64,000 nucleotides of DNA, taken from assembly GCA_963769935.1 (NCBI GenBank), contig CAVYNY010000009.1:128001-192000 (forward strand), written 5' to 3'. The translations under genes were made by a program, and so were the position numbers. Numbering within the stretch: the first letter of the stretch is position 1; each line of letters opens with the position of its first letter. Below the pieces are notes generated by a model that did no database searches, was not told the origin of the DNA, and was given only the letters and a program-made list of their open reading frames with translations. Source of the stretch: an uncultured delta proteobacterium (GTDB lineage: Bacteria > Desulfobacterota > Desulfobacteria > Desulfobacterales > JAFDCJ01). Positions 60,344 to 64,000 of this stretch are shown piece by piece.

Positions 60344-63300
60344 TTATCTTTCTACTCTCAGCACCGCCGGCACCCCCTGCCCGTAAACGTTGGGATCGTA
60401 CATCTGCTCGGCGTGGACCGGCATCACGCTAAATTCACCCGGCGCCACGGCCTGGGCCGTATAGGATAGATGATAGTTGCCGGCCGGCAGGTACTCGGAG
60501 TAGAACCGCGCTGCATCATGCCGCAGTTCCTGATGATAAAAGCTCCAGCGGGAAACGCCATAAGACGACCAGTCGCTGTAGCGAAACCACCAGGATCCGC
60601 CGGCCGGTTGAAACTCCCCTTGGTCGGCATCCACCGTGGAAGCCGTTGCCAGTTGGCGATTCACCGGTTCCAATCCGCCGGGTACCGGATCGTCGACCAC
60701 CACAAAATTGCCGGCCGCGGGCAGGGACATAAAAAGATCCACTCGGACCAGGTCGCCGCGTTTAAGCGGCATGGGGCTTTTTAGCAATTCCCACCGACCG
60801 TCCCGTTCCAGGCTGTACTCGCGATGAATTTCGATGCCCGCATTGACCGGATCCGTTTTCAGAGTCAAAGGTGCGTAAGACAGGCGGGCACTGTAATAAA
60901 GACGGCCCTGCCCTTTGCGCTCCAGCCGAACGACGGCCGTACGTCCCGGGTCATTGGCCTCCAGGGGCCTTTTGAGTTCTACCGGGTCATCCCGCAAATC
61001 GCTGAATTGGGCCCGTCCCATAACCTGCGCATCAAACAGCGCGCGGATGGCCATGGCCGGTTTATCGCTCTCATACACCCGGCTGTAGTCAATCAGCGCA
61101 TTCAGGCAAAACATGTTTTCCTGGGTGTTTTCCCAGTGATCGCGATTTTTGCGGCTCTGGGTGATATAGCGCACGAGTTTAAAGGGAATGTCGCCGACCA
61201 GTTGCCGGCCCGGGTCCGTAAGTCCGTAAGCCGTCAGGGCGCTCAAGACCGCACCGTTGGTCCGCAGGGCGGAAGCCAGGATACGGGTATAGCTGTCGTC
61301 AATGACTTCGCTGAAAACAAACTTTCCGCCGGATTGATCGGCATGGGCCAGGATCAGGTGGCAGACCTCGGCGCGGATGTTTTCCGATCCGGCCACTCCC
61401 AGTGCCGCCAGCAGAAAGTGGGCCTGGCCGAAAAGACTCATCTGCGGCACATGGGGCCGGTAGCGCTGCAGATCTGACAGATTGATTTTGCCATGCTCGA
61501 CCAGGGCCGCCAAGGCAACGGCCCGCACCGTGGAGGCCATACCCTTGGTATAAAAAGTCGGCACCACGTCGCGGCGCAATAAGGTTAAAAGATATTCATG
61601 CAGCTTTTGCTCCACCGGTGCCGGAATTTCGTATCCGCTCCTGCGCAGCCAGTTGAAGGCCAGCGCCGTGTAGGCGCTCAGGTAAGGGCTGACATAGCTA
61701 TCCTCCGGTATGTAATAGGTCATGCCCCCGTTGGGTGCCTGGTATGCGGCGGACCGCTCCAGCATGGATCGGGGCAGATCCGCGCTGCCCTGCCAGCTGA
61801 AGTCGCCGGGCATGTAGGCTTTGAGAGTGTTGTAATGGGACGCCATCACACCCCGGGTGAGCACCTGCTCCCAGCAAATATAGGGGTAGTCGCGCAGGTA
61901 CCTGAAAGCGCCCTCGAGATCGGCGATGACCGACGGCGCCAGCACCACGCTCACGCTGCCGACGTCGGTTCGAATAGCGGGGGGAAATTGAATTCGTTCC
62001 GTAACGGCCGCCGCCGTCGTCGATCCATAGGTGGCCGCCGTTTCCAGGCGATACCGCTTGCGGACCACCAGAGTGTGGACCAGCGCGTCCTGATCCAGGT
62101 CGTCACCGCCGCGGGCCGTAAATTTTATCTGGCCGGCCGCCACGGTCCTCAGCGGCAGCCAGACCGTGACGCGTTTATAAGGCTCCACGTCCAGCGTCCG
62201 GCTGACCGCGCGGGTTTTTTGGCCGGCAACCGTCTCAATCGCACCCTCGGCCGTGATGGTCACAGTCAGCTTTCTTTTTTGGGATGTGCGATTCATGACA
62301 CTGAAGCCGGCCTCGAAGCTGTCTCCCGCGGTGACCTGGTTGGGCATCACCGGACGAATTTCGGTGGGACGATTGACTTTGAAACCGCCCTCTCCCAGCC
62401 CCATCCGGTCACCGGGCGTTGCGGCCATGGCCAGCACCCGCCAGCCGGTCAGATTGTCCGGCACGTCAAACTCAATGGCCGCCCGGCCCTGGGCATCGGT
62501 TTTAATGGACGGATTCCAGTAGCTGACAAATTTAAATACCGACCGCAGGCTGATATCCAGCCCACCGCCCCCGCCGGCGCTGGCCCCTTTTTTCTCAAAC
62601 TTCTGCCGGCCCACCAGCCGCAGGAGTAAACTGTAATTTGTCAGATCGAGCCCGTCGACCGTGTAAAAGCCCTTATAGGGGTCAAAGTAATCCCGTCCCT
62701 GCGCCAGCAGATCAAATACCGCTTCATCCAGCACGGTTACGGCCAGTTCGATGGGTTCAGCGTTGACGGGATGCCGTGCGGCGGCTTGCAGTTGCACCTT
62801 GACGCGCTCGCGGGGTTTGTAGGTACCGCGCAAGGGCTCGACCTGAATCTGGATCTCTTTATACGGGTCCACAACCGGCACTTTGACATAACCTATACGA
62901 AAAGCCGGCTTTCCAAGATCCACCTGGCTGTCCGACGGCGGTTTTTCAACCCGCGGGGACATGACGACCACCGACAGGAAAAATCCCGGCAGATAGTCCT
63001 GTTTTACTTCAAATTCGATGATGGGGGTGGCGCTCTCCAGGGTCTCGAGCCGGCTGTGCAGGACCCCGTAGCGTTCGATGGTTACCAGCGCCCGGGCACC
63101 GGGAAAGGGATTTTTGACCAGATAGCGTGCCGTATCCCCCACGCGGTATGCCGGTTTTTCCGCGATGATCTCCAGGCTGTTGTCCGGACTTTCCTCCCAC
63201 AGGACCCGTCCTTTGCCGACCACCCATTGATAGATTTCCGTGCTGTGGGGTCGATTGCGCGTATCCTGCACCGTGGCGGTAATCCGGTGGGAACCGGGAT

Positions 63301-64000
63301 CCCGGGGTGTAAAGGCGCATTGTTCCGGTTCCAGGGACGACTTCAGTTCGCAGCGGGCCACTTCGACCCACTGATGGGAGTATTGGGTGAGGTAGGCATT
63401 GCCGGCTCCTTTGACCCGGGCCGCGCTGGTTTCACGGCGCTCGATCTTGACCTGCACGGGCACACCGGCCTGGGGGTTGCCCCGCGCGTCCACCACCAGC
63501 ACGTCGACGGCCGCCGGCTCGTCTTCGTTCATAACCCAGCCGGTACGACGCAGTCCGACGTAACGGTCGCGACCGGCATAGTCGGCTGCGGCCCGGCCCG
63601 TAATATACTTGCCGCGGTCATCTCTCACCGCGCTTTCCACAACCAGCCTGCCGTAGAGGATATTGCCGTCTGCCAGCGTGAAGCGGGTTGTCAGATTGCC
63701 CTGATTGTCAACGGTATTTTCAGTTTGATAAAGGGTCTGCCGGAACGGTGCCCCCGGCACAAAGGTGCTGAACACAAATCCACGGGCGGCCGGATCTTCC
63801 GAGCTGAAGCCACGGCTTTCCAGCGTGGCCGTGACACGGCTGCCGGCATCCGTATAAGGGCCGCCGGCATGCAGCCTGGCCTGCGTGGTCACCTCAACCT
63901 GATCCCCCGGCTGAAAATGTCCGGCATTCAGATCCGTGGTTACTTTAAAGGGCGCCGGGGTGAAATCGCTGACCAGCACCCGCATTGGCTCCCAGCCGGT
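60344..64000 (-). CDS. Bacterial alpha-2-macroglobulin (5' part outside the window)
   Basis: PDNLTGWRV, thioester YPYICWEQ, TQEN, DPVPGGLEPVN and AEQMYDP motifs. Confidence 0.93.
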   Translation of the reverse strand, partial: TGWEPMRVLVSDFTPAPFKVTTDLNAGHFQPGDQVEVTTQARLHAGGPYTDAGSRVTATLESRGFSSEDPAARGFVFSTFVPGAPFRQTLYQTENTVDNQGNLTTRFTLADGNILYGRLVVESAVRDDRGKYITGRAAADYAGRDRYVGLRRTGWVMNEDEPAAVDVLVVDARGNPQAGVPVQVKIERRETSAARVKGAGNAYLTQYSHQWVEVARCELKSSLEPEQCAFTPRDPGSHRITATVQDTRNRPHSTEIYQWVVGKGRVLWEESPDNSLEIIAEKPAYRVGDTARYLVKNPFPGARALVTIERYGVLHSRLETLESATPIIEFEVKQDYLPGFFLSVVVMSPRVEKPPSDSQVDLGKPAFRIGYVKVPVVDPYKEIQIQVEPLRGTYKPRERVKVQLQAAARHPVNAEPIELAVTVLDEAVFDLLAQGRDYFDPYKGFYTVDGLDLTNYSLLLRLVGRQKFEKKGASAGGGGGLDISLRSVFKFVSYWNPSIKTDAQGRAAIEFDVPDNLTGWRVLAMAATPGDRMGLGEGGFKVNRPTEIRPVMPNQVTAGDSFEAGFSVMNRTSQKRKLTVTITAEGAIETVAGQKTRAVSRTLDVEPYKRVTVWLPLRTVAAGQIKFTARGGDDLDQDALVHTLVVRKRYRLETAATYGSTTAAAVTERIQFPPAIRTDVGSVSVVLAPSVIADLEGAFRYLRDYPYICWEQVLTRGVMASHYNTLKAYMPGDFSWQGSADLPRSMLERSAAYQAPNGGMTYYIPEDSYVSPYLSAYTALAFNWLRRSGYEIPAPVEQKLHEYLLTLLRRDVVPTFYTKGMASTVRAVALAALVEHGKINLSDLQRYRPHVPQMSLFGQAHFLLAALGVAGSENIRAEVCHLILAHADQSGGKFVFSEVIDDSYTRILASALRTNGAVLSALTAYGLTDPGRQLVGDIPFKLVRYITQSRKNRDHWENTQENMFCLNALIDYSRVYESDKPAMAIRALFDAQVMGRAQFSDLRDDPVELKRPLEANDPGRTAVVRLERKGQGRLYYSARLSYAPLTLKTDPVNAGIEIHREYSLERDGRWELLKSPMPLKRGDLVRVDLFMSLPAAGNFVVVDDPVPGGLEPVNRQLATASTVDADQGEFQPAGGSWWFRYSDWSSYGVSRWSFYHQELRHDAARFYSEYLPAGNYHLSYTAQAVAPGEFSVMPVHAEQMYDPNVYGQGVPAVLRVER

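Overview
Bacterial chromosomal window, most consistent with an anaerobic deltaproteobacterium (Desulfobacterota-like). This assignment is inferred from gene content, namely two tungsten-type AORs, a split ADP-forming acyl-CoA synthetase and the style of the intergenic repeats. It holds about 45 catabolic, transport and envelope genes: a CaiC-like ligase/crotonase/Liv cluster, an AOR-MoxR-DUF58-DUF4129-ACD-mscL run, a Dpp-type ABC operon with a sulfatase and a C45 peptidase, an acetylene-hydratase-family W/Mo enzyme paired with a second AOR, a PHP-like 1045-aa membrane protein, and A2M-PBP1C. Accessory content comprises two toxin-antitoxin pairs, a Fic protein, a decayed group II intron, fused IS1182/IS256 remnants, several pseudogenes and a probable orphan integron cassette. 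The most striking unexplained structure is a modular intergenic repeat system. Arrays of 7-9-mers are oriented G-rich after stop codons and C-rich before start codons, around a conserved ~22-nt core, and are accompanied by several MITE/REP-like families. Other notable items are a candidate structured ncRNA at about 17945-18080, tandem Cys-motif micro-ORFs, and an apparent ATC start codon. No rRNA, tRNA or CRISPR array was seen. All family assignments are from motif recognition by eye; no database search was run.
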